A stretch of 64,000 nucleotides of DNA from a virus, in IMG/VR virus record IMGVR_UViG_3300020202_000062, positions 94,929-158,928 of that record; one strand, 5' to 3'. Made by a program: the position numbers and the translations under genes. The notes beneath the pieces are model-generated. The model saw only the letters and a list, made by a program, of their open reading frames with translations, made no database searches and was not told where the DNA came from. Position 1 is the first letter of the stretch. Each line of letters starts with the position of its first letter. This document shows, piece after piece, positions 9,801-18,941 of the stretch.

Positions 9801-12050
9801 AGTTACTAACTCTTCCCTAATTACGTGAGGACCGAGGTCAATCGGTACTTCGAACTTTGGAGTGTATGCTATGGTCCAGGCGGCAGGAATAACGCTGTCA
9901 CCAAGATCCTCTGGAACTTCTACATTAGGGTTAGTTACCTCAATCTGATAGGTTCTTGTTGCTCCACGAACGCGCTCTAAATCAGCAGCAGAGATGCTAG
10001 AATCAATGATTTGCTTAAGTGTCTGCTCTGAAAGTATGCGCTGCCATACGTTTGTGGGAGTTGCTGATGCAGTTGTGAGAGATACGAACCTATTGGCGTC
10101 CTTCTCGCGCTGTGATAACGCCTCTCCATCAATAACCCATGAAGCCTTCCAAGGCGAAGAGAATGTCCATGAGGTTGAGTAGTCTGTCTCATCCCTTCCA
10201 TCTAAGGCGCGATCTTTGACGGCCAGAAGGCAGAGATTGTAGAAGAACTTGTACGCACCCTCTACGGTGCTTGAATTAACATAACGGTTGTAGTCTGCCC
10301 TTGAAACTTCGTGCCCAGCAGTATCGAATCGATTACGTGCAACACGCTTACCGGTTACATGAGAGAACAGCATGTTAACTGCCTCAAGTGAACCGATCGT
10401 AGAGAAGATCAAATGCCCACCATTTAAGGTTGGCTTGTGTAAGAGACACGGCTTGTACTGACCAGAGTTATTCTGGGCTTCCATAAGTACGATGTAGTCA
10501 CCTGGGTAATCTAAGATGTACTGGCAGTAGCCATCCCCGAATGTTCCATATCCACCGTTCTTATATGGTGATATTGAGTTGTATTCATCGTCTGAGCCGT
10601 CATTAAAGTTCCATCCACCGTACTCTTGATCTGCGTTCCACAAGAAGTACTCGTCATTCTTTGGTCGGATGGTACCTCCATCGATCCATCCATAGTCGCC
10701 TTCTTCGGAGATACGGCTAGCGTCAGCGGCATTAACGGCACATGTAGTCTCGATACCGAGTCCCTCTGGGACGGTGTGGTTGTGCATGTCAATGATAAGA
10801 GTCTTTCCTAGTTGTTCGGTGAAGTATCTGATCTTCTGCATGTACGGCTGGAAGTCGAATGAAAGCACCCTTGGGCACCACAGTAGTATGTCGAATTTCC
10901 TTAGGTCGCTGTAACTAATATCATCAAAGTCAACGGTCCAGTAATCTTCGTCTTCCTGGTCATCGACAGATGCAGTATCTTCCTCGTCGGTGTGTAGAGG
11001 ATTGATGAACTGAATCTCGGTGGCGTTGTAATCACTACGCATGAGATTGAGGAATGCGTAGGTGGCATCGCTGTGTCTATTTCCGTCGGTGATGATAACA
11101 CCGGCTTTGATGGCTGCGGCTTCCTTGGATGGATCTACTGTGTAGTTCTCTGTGAAGCTAGCCTTTACTCTCCATCTGAACAGTTGGAAGATGCGCGGAT
11201 CAGCCATAGCCTTCTTGGGCACAAAGATGCGATATCCTTCTACGTCCGGATGAGGCTCACCTAGGATCTGTTCCTTCAGGGTGGCTGGCTTTGTTGAGTA
11301 CCACTTCTTGTTGCGGTTGTTTAGATCTACTACGTCAGACTCTTCTGGCCTGTATGAGTAGTATGCCTGAGGATTTAGGATCTCTTTGTATGAGAGTTCC
11401 TGATTCTTCAACTTGCCGTCAGTGCCTACCTCGACCTTATTGTAGGTTAGGTACAGGTTCTCGTTGTCGTCTACATCCACAAAAGCCCAGACACGATAAG
11501 CGTCTGTAGTTTGGTCGGTATCTTCAACTGTGGTATTTGCTGGTGTTATGCGGATTTTGTATCGCGCCCTACCCTGCTCATCTACATAGTCACGCCCATC
11601 GGCGTCTACCACTTTGATGTCTTCAAGTTCGAAAGTCCTTAGTTCTGATCCTAAGGTCAACCCCTGAAAGTCTACATGGAAGTAACGGCTTACGTGGACG
11701 TAAGGCAAGATTGAGTCTGATGTGTACTCAGATCCTGGGGTGGATAAGAAGTCTTCATCTATTGTGAATACGTCAGCGACAGCAGGGAACTCGTCCTCCA
11801 CTATCTGATTACCGCTCTCGTCCTCTAGAATGCCCATTCGGTTGGCATACATGATTCGATACTGGTCTGCTACTGACACAGTGTTCTCTTCGACCACATT
11901 TGATGTGTCGACAATTACCACATTCTTAGATGGGGTCAGTGATGGCGATTGAATCCAGGCAAGATTGACAGCATCCTCGGGGACTCTTACGCCTCGCCTA
12001 AATGCCTTTTCATTACCTTCGGTACTTCTGTCTTCAAACGCCTTCATCAC
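6873..12050 (-). CDS. Large baseplate/tail-associated protein with internal peptidoglycan-binding domain
   Basis: 1725 aa; segment LEKGGSG..VKFVQMTM..NGRYD..TEEAIKQFQ..NGVVDAETWAAI (about 9190-9420) fits the PG_binding_1 pattern. Confidence 0.65.
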   Translation of the reverse strand: MMKAFEDRSTEGNEKAFRRGVRVPEDAVNLAWIQSPSLTPSKNVVIVDTSNVVEENTVSVADQYRIMYANRMGILEDESGNQIVEDEFPAVADVFTIDEDFLSTPGSEYTSDSILPYVHVSRYFHVDFQGLTLGSELRTFELEDIKVVDADGRDYVDEQGRARYKIRITPANTTVEDTDQTTDAYRVWAFVDVDDNENLYLTYNKVEVGTDGKLKNQELSYKEILNPQAYYSYRPEESDVVDLNNRNKKWYSTKPATLKEQILGEPHPDVEGYRIFVPKKAMADPRIFQLFRWRVKASFTENYTVDPSKEAAAIKAGVIITDGNRHSDATYAFLNLMRSDYNATEIQFINPLHTDEEDTASVDDQEDEDYWTVDFDDISYSDLRKFDILLWCPRVLSFDFQPYMQKIRYFTEQLGKTLIIDMHNHTVPEGLGIETTCAVNAADASRISEEGDYGWIDGGTIRPKNDEYFLWNADQEYGGWNFNDGSDDEYNSISPYKNGGYGTFGDGYCQYILDYPGDYIVLMEAQNNSGQYKPCLLHKPTLNGGHLIFSTIGSLEAVNMLFSHVTGKRVARNRFDTAGHEVSRADYNRYVNSSTVEGAYKFFYNLCLLAVKDRALDGRDETDYSTSWTFSSPWKASWVIDGEALSQREKDANRFVSLTTASATPTNVWQRILSEQTLKQIIDSSISAADLERVRGATRTYQIEVTNPNVEVPEDLGDSVIPAAWTIAYTPKFEVPIDLGPHVIREELVTGDFEEGQYVYREYPPKPYGVQVRVNYNATAQDSTEETVDWTASGTAKLTREVTEYENVTVDDDTEIIMSWSSHGKNKTTFTSGRAFDQGTKHPNYLRTWQDDNYYGDEKGTLAGGLLSWPFWGATVRLEKGGSGNISDWVKFVQMTMNKLKFFGFLKNTEYLEVNGRYDNSSNGKKTEEAIKQFQTKCHLRFRNGVVDAETWAAIGYQVINLGSLVGPTSSRDYTKFYDWPKGRIMKKHISDWNAQTYYAKRSDLKNSPGNIWDVFSVELDDRYKIHGVKITPYLEGNSKQMLLHAIDVKTHSAPGPFHLGGYDMGKARVTSLGLPIPDGPGTYFPVGPYEGNVVIVGVGQNGKSGWGDSRMLGIKDILIYGKGKKTERREVVRQVTINNYPINASGRNVVVRSGYDTTVQANPHDYASGTLSDVNWTNITVNNPKVSIVGATSSGLIRLRNNIVVNHVNSRYTFGPEYEPGSSETWYSMDENGNRRIAPESGWIRKTDGIKLLCDADGKPAGFPAMPTSVGTNETQRHYMSLSVDLTTNDASVFVGFYDKRKKEFIVNSSGIPEMTYMEYLDRGPENVYVGVISNYELNTTNTLPVSADAPKIPFRWAMPVYGVKVKSGAQIQIEPLPENLGAADVWPVPVRIGSFNRKVKIRPRNQGPLDGYLGSYQGSDVRAFYSIPESELGGWSTLHGRPNVDIKGEHPVVIDETTIQLRQAPLLMVKEPSNVSSSYADPVRPALKVYTRSTASSPWTELSWPDIADYNASTGEITLASPLASDEANLVKVDYTTKRSVYNFKQYDGRYLNLNPNPGNTRNLVGRPVYIYIVPAFVKDSNGSVITDSVNTRTLRFRMDTNIFDPLDPEYDPLAVQLGVVYIAPALDINDLVILDTRRRGGGAKDSLNLEEIRRMVSESIGYWDIGFGGGVSYQKGGFVIIRLPEELKTQFPKEQEIINVIERNITAGVRYKLEDLHGRSWT

Positions 12051-15000
12051 TAAACATCCCTGTAGTCCGGGTGCATCGACTGCAAACCATCTAACGTAAC
12101 ATCATAAAACCCTGAACCTAAGAAGCCCAACTGGTACTGGTCGTATCGCGGAATTGCGTACCAAGCCGGTGGCTCCCATTCTATAGTAACAGGTGTCGCT
12201 GCGCTATTAGGAGTTGCTTCGTCATAATAAACAGGATATCCGTTTATATCAGAGTAATATGGGTTAGTGTCTGCTGCGTTTGCCATCTGGACTAGAGGAA
12301 CCGACAGATTGGTGAAGCCCTCTGAGCCGTATTGGAGATCAGGTGTCTCCAGCCAGAATACAACGTCACCAACCATGTCGTATTGAGGGGTTGCCGATGC
12401 AGAGACTCTGTCTGTTTCGACCATGACAAACCAGTAACCTGGATCCCATGGCGTTGCAGCCGTGAAGGGACCCACGGTGAATCGTCCCAATGAATCTGCG
12501 GTGACCGACCCATCGTATGGTAGGTCTGTGTTTAGTACTGTGTAGATATCCCTACCCTTACGGTAGTTAACCTTGGCCGAGGCTACTGGTAGCCGAGATG
12601 AATTCTCAACCTTACCGAATACCCTAACCTTGGTCAATCCATCGGCAGGGATGGTGTCTACTTCGGGTAGGGCAGTCAACCTATAAGATGGGGTGGCTGA
12701 CTGTTCAATGTCGAAGTTGAATGAGGCAGATACGTCACCGGTGATGGTCACTGTTCCTGTCATACTCGCAGTAGAACCGCCAGCGGTCAGGAATACAACT
12801 GCGCTACCGTTATCGTCTGTCAATACAACGAAGTTGGAACTTGATCCATTTCCGCTTGGGATAGCGAATCCGTCCGCATCCGTGACAGGGATATCGAACT
12901 CTCCCCATGAGGTGCTCATGTTGAAGGTTTGGTTTGGCTTAGGATTGCCATACTCATCAACCGAACGAATAGTGATAAGCATATAATCCTGGCCGTCTGC
13001 CAGAAGTTTAGATGGGCTGTACCTTACTTCGATTCCTGCTAACGAGTACTCTTCAAACGAGATGAAGAGGAACCCTTCTTCCACTGTCGTATAGAATGTG
13101 TTTAGCGGCACGTCGATTGGTGTAGCCTCATCGTATACTGAGTCCTCATAGGTTACAGTATACCCACTTGCACCGAAGTCTACAGGCAACTTATCGAAGA
13201 CCAACTTAGTTCTTTGGCTGCCGTCAGTATGGATGTAATCGTTGTATGCGTAGAATGAACGGTTGAGTTTGTATGTTACTTCGTAGATCTTGTCGCGATC
13301 GGTTACACCTACAGTACTGATTTCGTTTGTAAATGTCTCAGTGTCGGCCTCAACAGGTAGACCGGTCTCTAGATCTGTCACGGAAACCTCATACAGATCT
13401 TCGTAACCCAGGAACAGTTTGTTGGTGCCCGACCCGTAAACATTCTGCTTACCACGGAGAGTTAGTCCTGGCGTTGCAGTGTCATAGAATGCTACCTGAC
13501 GCATCAACTGTGGACTGGCTTCGTCGGTATACACAATAATGGGAGCACCCTGGCGAGCGACTGACTCAAGCACTGGTGTGGCTGAAGTGACTGTCTCGTC
13601 CTTGCGATTGGCATATAGGTAGTATTCGCTCTCTCGGTCATAGAACCACCCAGAGTGAACCTGTGGATGCCATGCCGGGTGAATGCCTGGGCGTAGGCGT
13701 GCTCGGATTGCTATAGGAGAGTATGCATACACTTCCGAATCGTCATCCCACTCCTCCTCGATAGCATCATCGGGGTAAGTAACTGATGTTCCATCATCAA
13801 AAGCGGGCTTAACTGTGTTGCTATCCATCCATACAATAACGTTGTCGTTATCTAAGACTTCTGCGCCCATCCAGGTTACAACGAAGTTCTCGGTATTGGG
13901 AATGTTGAAGTCATCCCTATTGAGGATAAGGCTAGTCAAGTAGAAGTTCGTGTTGCCAATAGGGGCAGGCACTCCGTTTCTCCATGGACCGTTCTCGTCT
14001 ACGTATCCCTCTACTTCTGTGGTTTGTGTTGCCTCGAAGATATTCCACTGACCACTCGCCACTGGGTAATCTGTAGCACCAGAGCCTATAGAGAATTCTA
14101 GGGTTGTAACAGCCGTTGAGAACTGCCTGACTCCCGCCCCATCCCAGTTGGCACTGCCATTGACTAGTAGATATTCCTTCGAAATGAAGGTTGAGTTAAA
14201 GTCGGGGTCAACAACATATGCTCCGTGTGTGCCGTCATCGTCCTGAGTAATGATTTCAACTTCATACTTCTTATTTGGAGTTGCTTCCAGATATGGGTTC
14301 CATGAAATTTCCGGAATGGTGATTGTCATACTCTGCTGAGTAAGATCAGGCACTGCTCCATTCATGAGGATGTTGAACATCTGCTTCTCTGACTTCCATC
14401 TACCAATAGTGTAGGAAGTTGTTAGCGGTTCAAATACAACACTAGGGGTTCCTGAACCACCGTAGGTTAGTGCAGTCTGAGCATTGTTTGCTGTCAACTT
14501 CGACGCAGAGTTATCTGACCACCATGCTCTGGCATTGCCAGTTGTGGGGAAGTCTGCAAATGCTTGGATATCTGGATTGAATCTACCGAAGTAAAGAGCA
14601 ACAGAGTCCACATCGTTAATATGAATAGAAAATGGTGTAGCGGCTGAAGTATCGTATTCGTTACCTGACGCATCGTACCAAATCTGCTCATCGTCCAGGT
14701 GTCCGTCTTCTGCCCAGATCCTGTAGGTTGCGTAGCAGTTGGCTGTATTTGTGGGGTTGGCTGCGTCTACGTTGCTCTTGCTTGAGAGTTGGAAACTGTG
14801 GTAGTAGACAGATGGTGTCGCTGCTGAGTCGGTGATTCGGACCGTCAGCCAGTCTTCCACTGTCGGATTGTCGTATACTTTACGGTCAGCAGATCCGTAG
14901 ATGTAAACGTCTGCTGCAACCTTTGGATATAAGTTGACTGAGTCGCGCTGTCTACCTCGGGCCTTTAGCCTAACAGTAAACTGCTGCGTGCCACCTGGTG

Positions 15001-16444
15001 CGTCTGGTCGGATAACCAATAGGTCGTCACCATCACCAACACCAGTCTGAATGTATTCTTCCGGAACTGGCGTAGCATCTAGCCTATATGGCAGGACTGC
15101 ATATCCCTCGTTCTCTAGGCCACCAACATCCCAGAACGATTGCTGCCACTTGAAGTATCCCCAGGTCGTTGGGTACTTTTCGGCAAGTTGTTCAACCAAT
15201 GAATAGAATCTTGGGTTTGGCACATTGTCATATCCCATATACGGGGTTGCGCCGTCTACATCGTCTTCGATGTCAGACATCTCTAAAACGTACGGTGTAG
15301 CCCCTGCATAGTTTGAGTCAGGAGTTGCGCCGAACGCCTGCCACAGATTGAGTTCTCGACGTAGAGCCAACTTGAATGCTTCGACGCCAACACCTGGCCT
15401 ATTGATATGCACGTCGAGAATACGGATCTTGTACGTTTCATTATCTTCTAGGAGGTGGCGGTCAAGGTCTACCATTAGACCAAAGTCATCGAACCAGTTC
15501 CATACATGATGGGGATTCTGATTGTAGATTTCTTCGTTGAGTTCTAGATTCTCATACGACTTGCGAGTGTAGACAACCCTCTTGAGTTCATCCCAGAAGA
15601 ATACATCTTCATCTTCTCCTGCGGCATAAAACTCTTCTAGGCTGGCTGTGCGAGCCAACTGAACGTCATCGCCAACAATGCTCCACAGAACCTCGGGAGC
15701 GTCAGCCGCAGCGTACACCCAGGCAACCTGAGTTACATCTGCCGTATCAATATAACGCTGTAGGTCCAAGTAGTTAAGACCGTAATCTAGATCATCTAGC
15801 CACTGACCGGCTACTGCATTGACTAACTGTGCGCCTACGCTAAGTGGGGTAGCAGACTCGGAGTCTAGATCGCGAGTCTCCATCCATTCTGGGAATGTAT
15901 CCAGAACGGTTCTGGTTCGGTCGTAGAGTGGTGCCATGACTGGAGTGTCAATCTCAATACGAATCAGAACCTCTACGCCAATATCAGCGGTGTCTAGTGT
16001 GGTGTTTAACCTCAATACAAACCTAGCGTATCTGTAAGAATCAATGATGAAGATAGGATTATTGGCATAGTTGTTAGTCTGGCTTGCCCACTCATCTGGA
16101 TACTCTAAGTCGGGATCGTCAATGGTGTAGATATCAAGTATGGGAGTGATATCACCTGTTCCGGGGAGATTTGTAAACTCCACCTGATACGACATGATGT
16201 CGATGCGGCCACTGTAATCAATGTAGCGGCCAGAAGAGATAATTCCGGAGTCTGTTACGTTTGCAGATATTTGATTGATACCCGTCCAGGTGCGATCACC
16301 CAGAGAGTTTAGACCATAGTTTGACTTGGTAGTCGAGTAGTTCTTGTAAACATCATTATTATACAGGTCTATAACCTCAGAAGACCAGACCGCACCGGCC
16401 TGGTCAAAATCATCCTGAGTTAGACGTAAGTAGTAAACCTTCAC
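12050..16444 (-). CDS. Large baseplate wedge-type protein with C-terminal Ig-like (Big_1-type) domains and 16 Ala-Thr-Pro motifs
   Basis: 1464 aa; FDDFGLMVDLDR..EDNETYKIRI resembles a wedge/tail-I motif; LLADGQD..VDEYGNP..TDDNGSA and IPADG..TADSLGRF resemble Big_1 repeats; GTG start with GGGAG. Confidence 0.65.
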   Translation of the reverse strand: MKVYYLRLTQDDFDQAGAVWSSEVIDLYNNDVYKNYSTTKSNYGLNSLGDRTWTGINQISANVTDSGIISSGRYIDYSGRIDIMSYQVEFTNLPGTGDITPILDIYTIDDPDLEYPDEWASQTNNYANNPIFIIDSYRYARFVLRLNTTLDTADIGVEVLIRIEIDTPVMAPLYDRTRTVLDTFPEWMETRDLDSESATPLSVGAQLVNAVAGQWLDDLDYGLNYLDLQRYIDTADVTQVAWVYAAADAPEVLWSIVGDDVQLARTASLEEFYAAGEDEDVFFWDELKRVVYTRKSYENLELNEEIYNQNPHHVWNWFDDFGLMVDLDRHLLEDNETYKIRILDVHINRPGVGVEAFKLALRRELNLWQAFGATPDSNYAGATPYVLEMSDIEDDVDGATPYMGYDNVPNPRFYSLVEQLAEKYPTTWGYFKWQQSFWDVGGLENEGYAVLPYRLDATPVPEEYIQTGVGDGDDLLVIRPDAPGGTQQFTVRLKARGRQRDSVNLYPKVAADVYIYGSADRKVYDNPTVEDWLTVRITDSAATPSVYYHSFQLSSKSNVDAANPTNTANCYATYRIWAEDGHLDDEQIWYDASGNEYDTSAATPFSIHINDVDSVALYFGRFNPDIQAFADFPTTGNARAWWSDNSASKLTANNAQTALTYGGSGTPSVVFEPLTTSYTIGRWKSEKQMFNILMNGAVPDLTQQSMTITIPEISWNPYLEATPNKKYEVEIITQDDDGTHGAYVVDPDFNSTFISKEYLLVNGSANWDGAGVRQFSTAVTTLEFSIGSGATDYPVASGQWNIFEATQTTEVEGYVDENGPWRNGVPAPIGNTNFYLTSLILNRDDFNIPNTENFVVTWMGAEVLDNDNVIVWMDSNTVKPAFDDGTSVTYPDDAIEEEWDDDSEVYAYSPIAIRARLRPGIHPAWHPQVHSGWFYDRESEYYLYANRKDETVTSATPVLESVARQGAPIIVYTDEASPQLMRQVAFYDTATPGLTLRGKQNVYGSGTNKLFLGYEDLYEVSVTDLETGLPVEADTETFTNEISTVGVTDRDKIYEVTYKLNRSFYAYNDYIHTDGSQRTKLVFDKLPVDFGASGYTVTYEDSVYDEATPIDVPLNTFYTTVEEGFLFISFEEYSLAGIEVRYSPSKLLADGQDYMLITIRSVDEYGNPKPNQTFNMSTSWGEFDIPVTDADGFAIPSGNGSSSNFVVLTDDNGSAVVFLTAGGSTASMTGTVTITGDVSASFNFDIEQSATPSYRLTALPEVDTIPADGLTKVRVFGKVENSSRLPVASAKVNYRKGRDIYTVLNTDLPYDGSVTADSLGRFTVGPFTAATPWDPGYWFVMVETDRVSASATPQYDMVGDVVFWLETPDLQYGSEGFTNLSVPLVQMANAADTNPYYSDINGYPVYYDEATPNSAATPVTIEWEPPAWYAIPRYDQYQLGFLGSGFYDVTLDGLQSMHPDYRDV

Positions 16445-16462
16445 TTGTAAACTCCCTAGGGC

Positions 16463-17368
16463 TTAACAGGAAGCTAAGCCTACATAATTAACACCTACAG
16501 ATCGGTGAGTATCCTTGAACCAACCCTTACATGACTGACATTGGTACTGCTGGAAGATCGCTGTTGTAGTACGGGAAACTCCGCGCTTCTGGACATGCTT
16601 AGATCCACATCTTGGGCATCCTGCGTCCACGTTGTATAGCCTTCTGTTTGGTAGGTTTGGAATCCATGGCAGTAGTTCGTGGTACATGTCTTCCATCAGG
16701 GTGACATCGCGCCTATTGTAACGCTCCATTGACTTCCACGCCTTAGCATCACCTGCTAGGCACTTCGCCCATAGTTCGAAGCCTTCATGCTGAACTTTGC
16801 CCTCTAAGCCTAACTGCTTGGATACATGCTCCAACTTCCGGCTCTGAAACTTAAACTTCTTGGATAGGCTATAAAGATCAACATTCTTGTACGGTGACGG
16901 TGGACCCATCTTTGCTTCTAGAAACTCTCTGTTCAGATGAGGGATGTCGAAAGTGGTGCCGTTGTAGTGCATCACTGCGTCTGCCTCATCTAAAAGGTTC
17001 CAAGCGGCTTCGATCATTTCCTGATGGCCATCTTGAGTTGAGAAGAACATAGTCTTCTTCTTCTGATCGCCTAACCATTTTGCCGAGAAACATATGACCT
17101 TGGCGGTCTCCACAATCTGGTTGAGTCCTACGTTCTGGTCCCAAAGGCCCCAAGTGTAAACTAGGTTAGGTGAAGTCTCGATATCTAGGAGAAGTATCTT
17201 GGGACCTTGCCCAGTCTCTCTGATAATCTCATCTAACTTCTCTTCGAACTCCAACTGCTTGTTGACCTTGTCAGCCTCGCGCTTACACTGAGGATTGTGG
17301 TACTTCTGGTTATGTGTTCTAGGGGTGAAATATTCACCACACTCAGAACTTGCACACTTGATAGTCAA
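16463..17368 (-). CDS. DnaQ/RNase H-fold 3'-5' exonuclease with N- and C-terminal Zn-binding motifs
   Basis: Exo I LLDIETS, Exo II YNGTTFDIPHL, Exo III YNRRDV; N-terminal CASSEC..HNPQC and C-terminal CPRC..CQSC; TTG start with GAGGAG. Confidence 0.85.
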   Translation of the reverse strand: MTIKCASSECGEYFTPRTHNQKYHNPQCKREADKVNKQLEFEEKLDEIIRETGQGPKILLLDIETSPNLVYTWGLWDQNVGLNQIVETAKVICFSAKWLGDQKKKTMFFSTQDGHQEMIEAAWNLLDEADAVMHYNGTTFDIPHLNREFLEAKMGPPSPYKNVDLYSLSKKFKFQSRKLEHVSKQLGLEGKVQHEGFELWAKCLAGDAKAWKSMERYNRRDVTLMEDMYHELLPWIPNLPNRRLYNVDAGCPRCGSKHVQKRGVSRTTTAIFQQYQCQSCKGWFKDTHRSVGVNYVGLASC

Positions 17369-17379
17369 ATCGACTCCTC

Positions 17380-18525
17380 TTATTGTGTTACTGCTACTTC
17401 AATTCGCCCAGCAACAACTAGTTCGTCTTCGTTAGGCTTGTAGTTCTTCCGCAACGTCTCTGTGCCGTTTTTGGCGAATGTAGTAATATGTAAGTCACTG
17501 ATCAGGTCTGAACTCTCTAGAACGATCTGAACAAGTCTATTATACACCAAAGTCTGGCCGGGTAGTAAAGAATTCAGATAACGAATTACCGCAATCCTTG
17601 CCCTACCTGCCACTACGTCAGCCTGCGCTGACGTTAGACTCGGTGTAATTAGTGATATCGTAATGTCAAATGGGACCAACTCTGGATCTTTGACAAACAT
17701 TGTAACACCGACAGGACGTACCGTTTCAAGTGCCGATAGAACTTCTCTTCTAACACGAGCCTGGAAGGTAGTATCTTCTGCGGTTAGGATTACCTCGAAG
17801 GACCCCAGGCCGTAAGGTGCTGTACGGATTCGGATATCTCTAACACCGTTGATGCTCAATGCTTTGAATCGAATAGCCTCCACAGTTCCAGATGCTGCGA
17901 CCCTTACTGACTTGATGATTCTGGCCCTATACGTAGCATCGTCTTCTGAACTGGCTTGCTGCTGAATAGACTTGGGATTGGTGCACTTAACTGATGCTCC
18001 TGCTGGAGACATAAAATTATGCACAGTTAGGGATCCTGCACCGGCCGTATGTACTGAATCATTGAAGGCTGGGCGGATACTACCAAATGCTCGCGTCCTA
18101 CCGGCAGGTATAACAACCTGCTCTGTCAAGACGTAAGTGAACTGAGCACCTACAAATCCATCGATGCTTGAGTAGACCCTGGTACCAGCAGGGATGGTGA
18201 TATCTGTATGATAGGGTGAATCTAGATAGAAGTAGAAACTACCACTTCTCTTGTCGATTGCGGTAAGTTCTGAAACCGTCTTACGCTGGACGTTATACAG
18301 GGAGCCAATAAGGTCTAAGGCTCGACCTGTAGCAGTAGACACAACGGACTGTGCCAAGTTGTAGTCAAGAGCGTCGTAGGCATCACCGATCTCATTGACA
18401 ATGGCTTCGGTAAACGCCCTGGCGACGGAGCCTGGTCCGATGGCCGTAATCGGTGTTTCATCTTGCAACTTCTGCAAAGCCTGCCTAAGGATGTCTGACT
18501 TCTTCTTCTTCACATATAGCGCCAT
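17380..18525 (-). CDS. Baseplate J-like wedge protein
   Basis: GSVARAF..STATGRALDLIG..ITIPAGT..EDDATYRARI..GTVEAIR..RPVGV; follows a gp25-like gene. Confidence 0.9.
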   Translation of the reverse strand: MALYVKKKKSDILRQALQKLQDETPITAIGPGSVARAFTEAIVNEIGDAYDALDYNLAQSVVSTATGRALDLIGSLYNVQRKTVSELTAIDKRSGSFYFYLDSPYHTDITIPAGTRVYSSIDGFVGAQFTYVLTEQVVIPAGRTRAFGSIRPAFNDSVHTAGAGSLTVHNFMSPAGASVKCTNPKSIQQQASSEDDATYRARIIKSVRVAASGTVEAIRFKALSINGVRDIRIRTAPYGLGSFEVILTAEDTTFQARVRREVLSALETVRPVGVTMFVKDPELVPFDITISLITPSLTSAQADVVAGRARIAVIRYLNSLLPGQTLVYNRLVQIVLESSDLISDLHITTFAKNGTETLRKNYKPNEDELVVAGRIEVAVTQ

Positions 18526-18908
18526 TATACTACCTCTAATTCCTGTTCGATAGATAGAAGCAGTGTATTCTGGCTGGGCGACCCTACGTATAGATCGAAC
18601 CTAATGGTCTGCGGACCTGTAGGTACGGCGTTGATCGTGATTTGCTTACCGTTGAATCTACCCTCCCTGTTAAGGGCGGCGCGGATCAGGGCTTTGCCGA
18701 ACTCTGCTGTTTCTCTAGTCTGAGGCTCTCCATACAGTTTACTTAACTCTGTACCGAGGCTTGGGTATAGCGTCCAATCTCCTGGCTCTGTCATAAGACG
18801 AATATAGGCCTGCTGTGCATCGTCTCTCCAGTTGGTGCCCGTCAAAGCCAGATCACCATTAGGAGATAGTTTGATGTCACCTGATTGCGAAAAATAAAAA
18901 TCTGCCAT
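18525..18908 (-). CDS. Baseplate wedge / sheath-initiator protein (gp25/gpW-like)
   Basis: 127 aa; GDLAL..QQAYIRLMTEPGDWTLYPSLGTEL; immediately upstream of the J-like gene. Confidence 0.8.
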   Translation of the reverse strand: MADFYFSQSGDIKLSPNGDLALTGTNWRDDAQQAYIRLMTEPGDWTLYPSLGTELSKLYGEPQTRETAEFGKALIRAALNREGRFNGKQITINAVPTGPQTIRFDLYVGSPSQNTLLLSIEQELEVV

Positions 18909-18927
18909 ACTCAGCCCCTGTTCATAA

Positions 18928-18935
18928 TACTAGTA
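18928..18935 (-). promoter_or_regulatory. Putative late promoter element TACTAGTA
   Basis: In the 33-nt gap, 27 nt upstream of the gp25-like gene. Confidence 0.5.
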
Positions 18936-18941
18936 GCGGAC

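Noticed and set aside
12050-16444. ATP motifs as a DNA-level repeat, mobile mini-element or diversity-generating target
   Set aside because: Synonymous codons differ among copies, spacing is irregular, and no reverse transcriptase or template repeat is present in the window.
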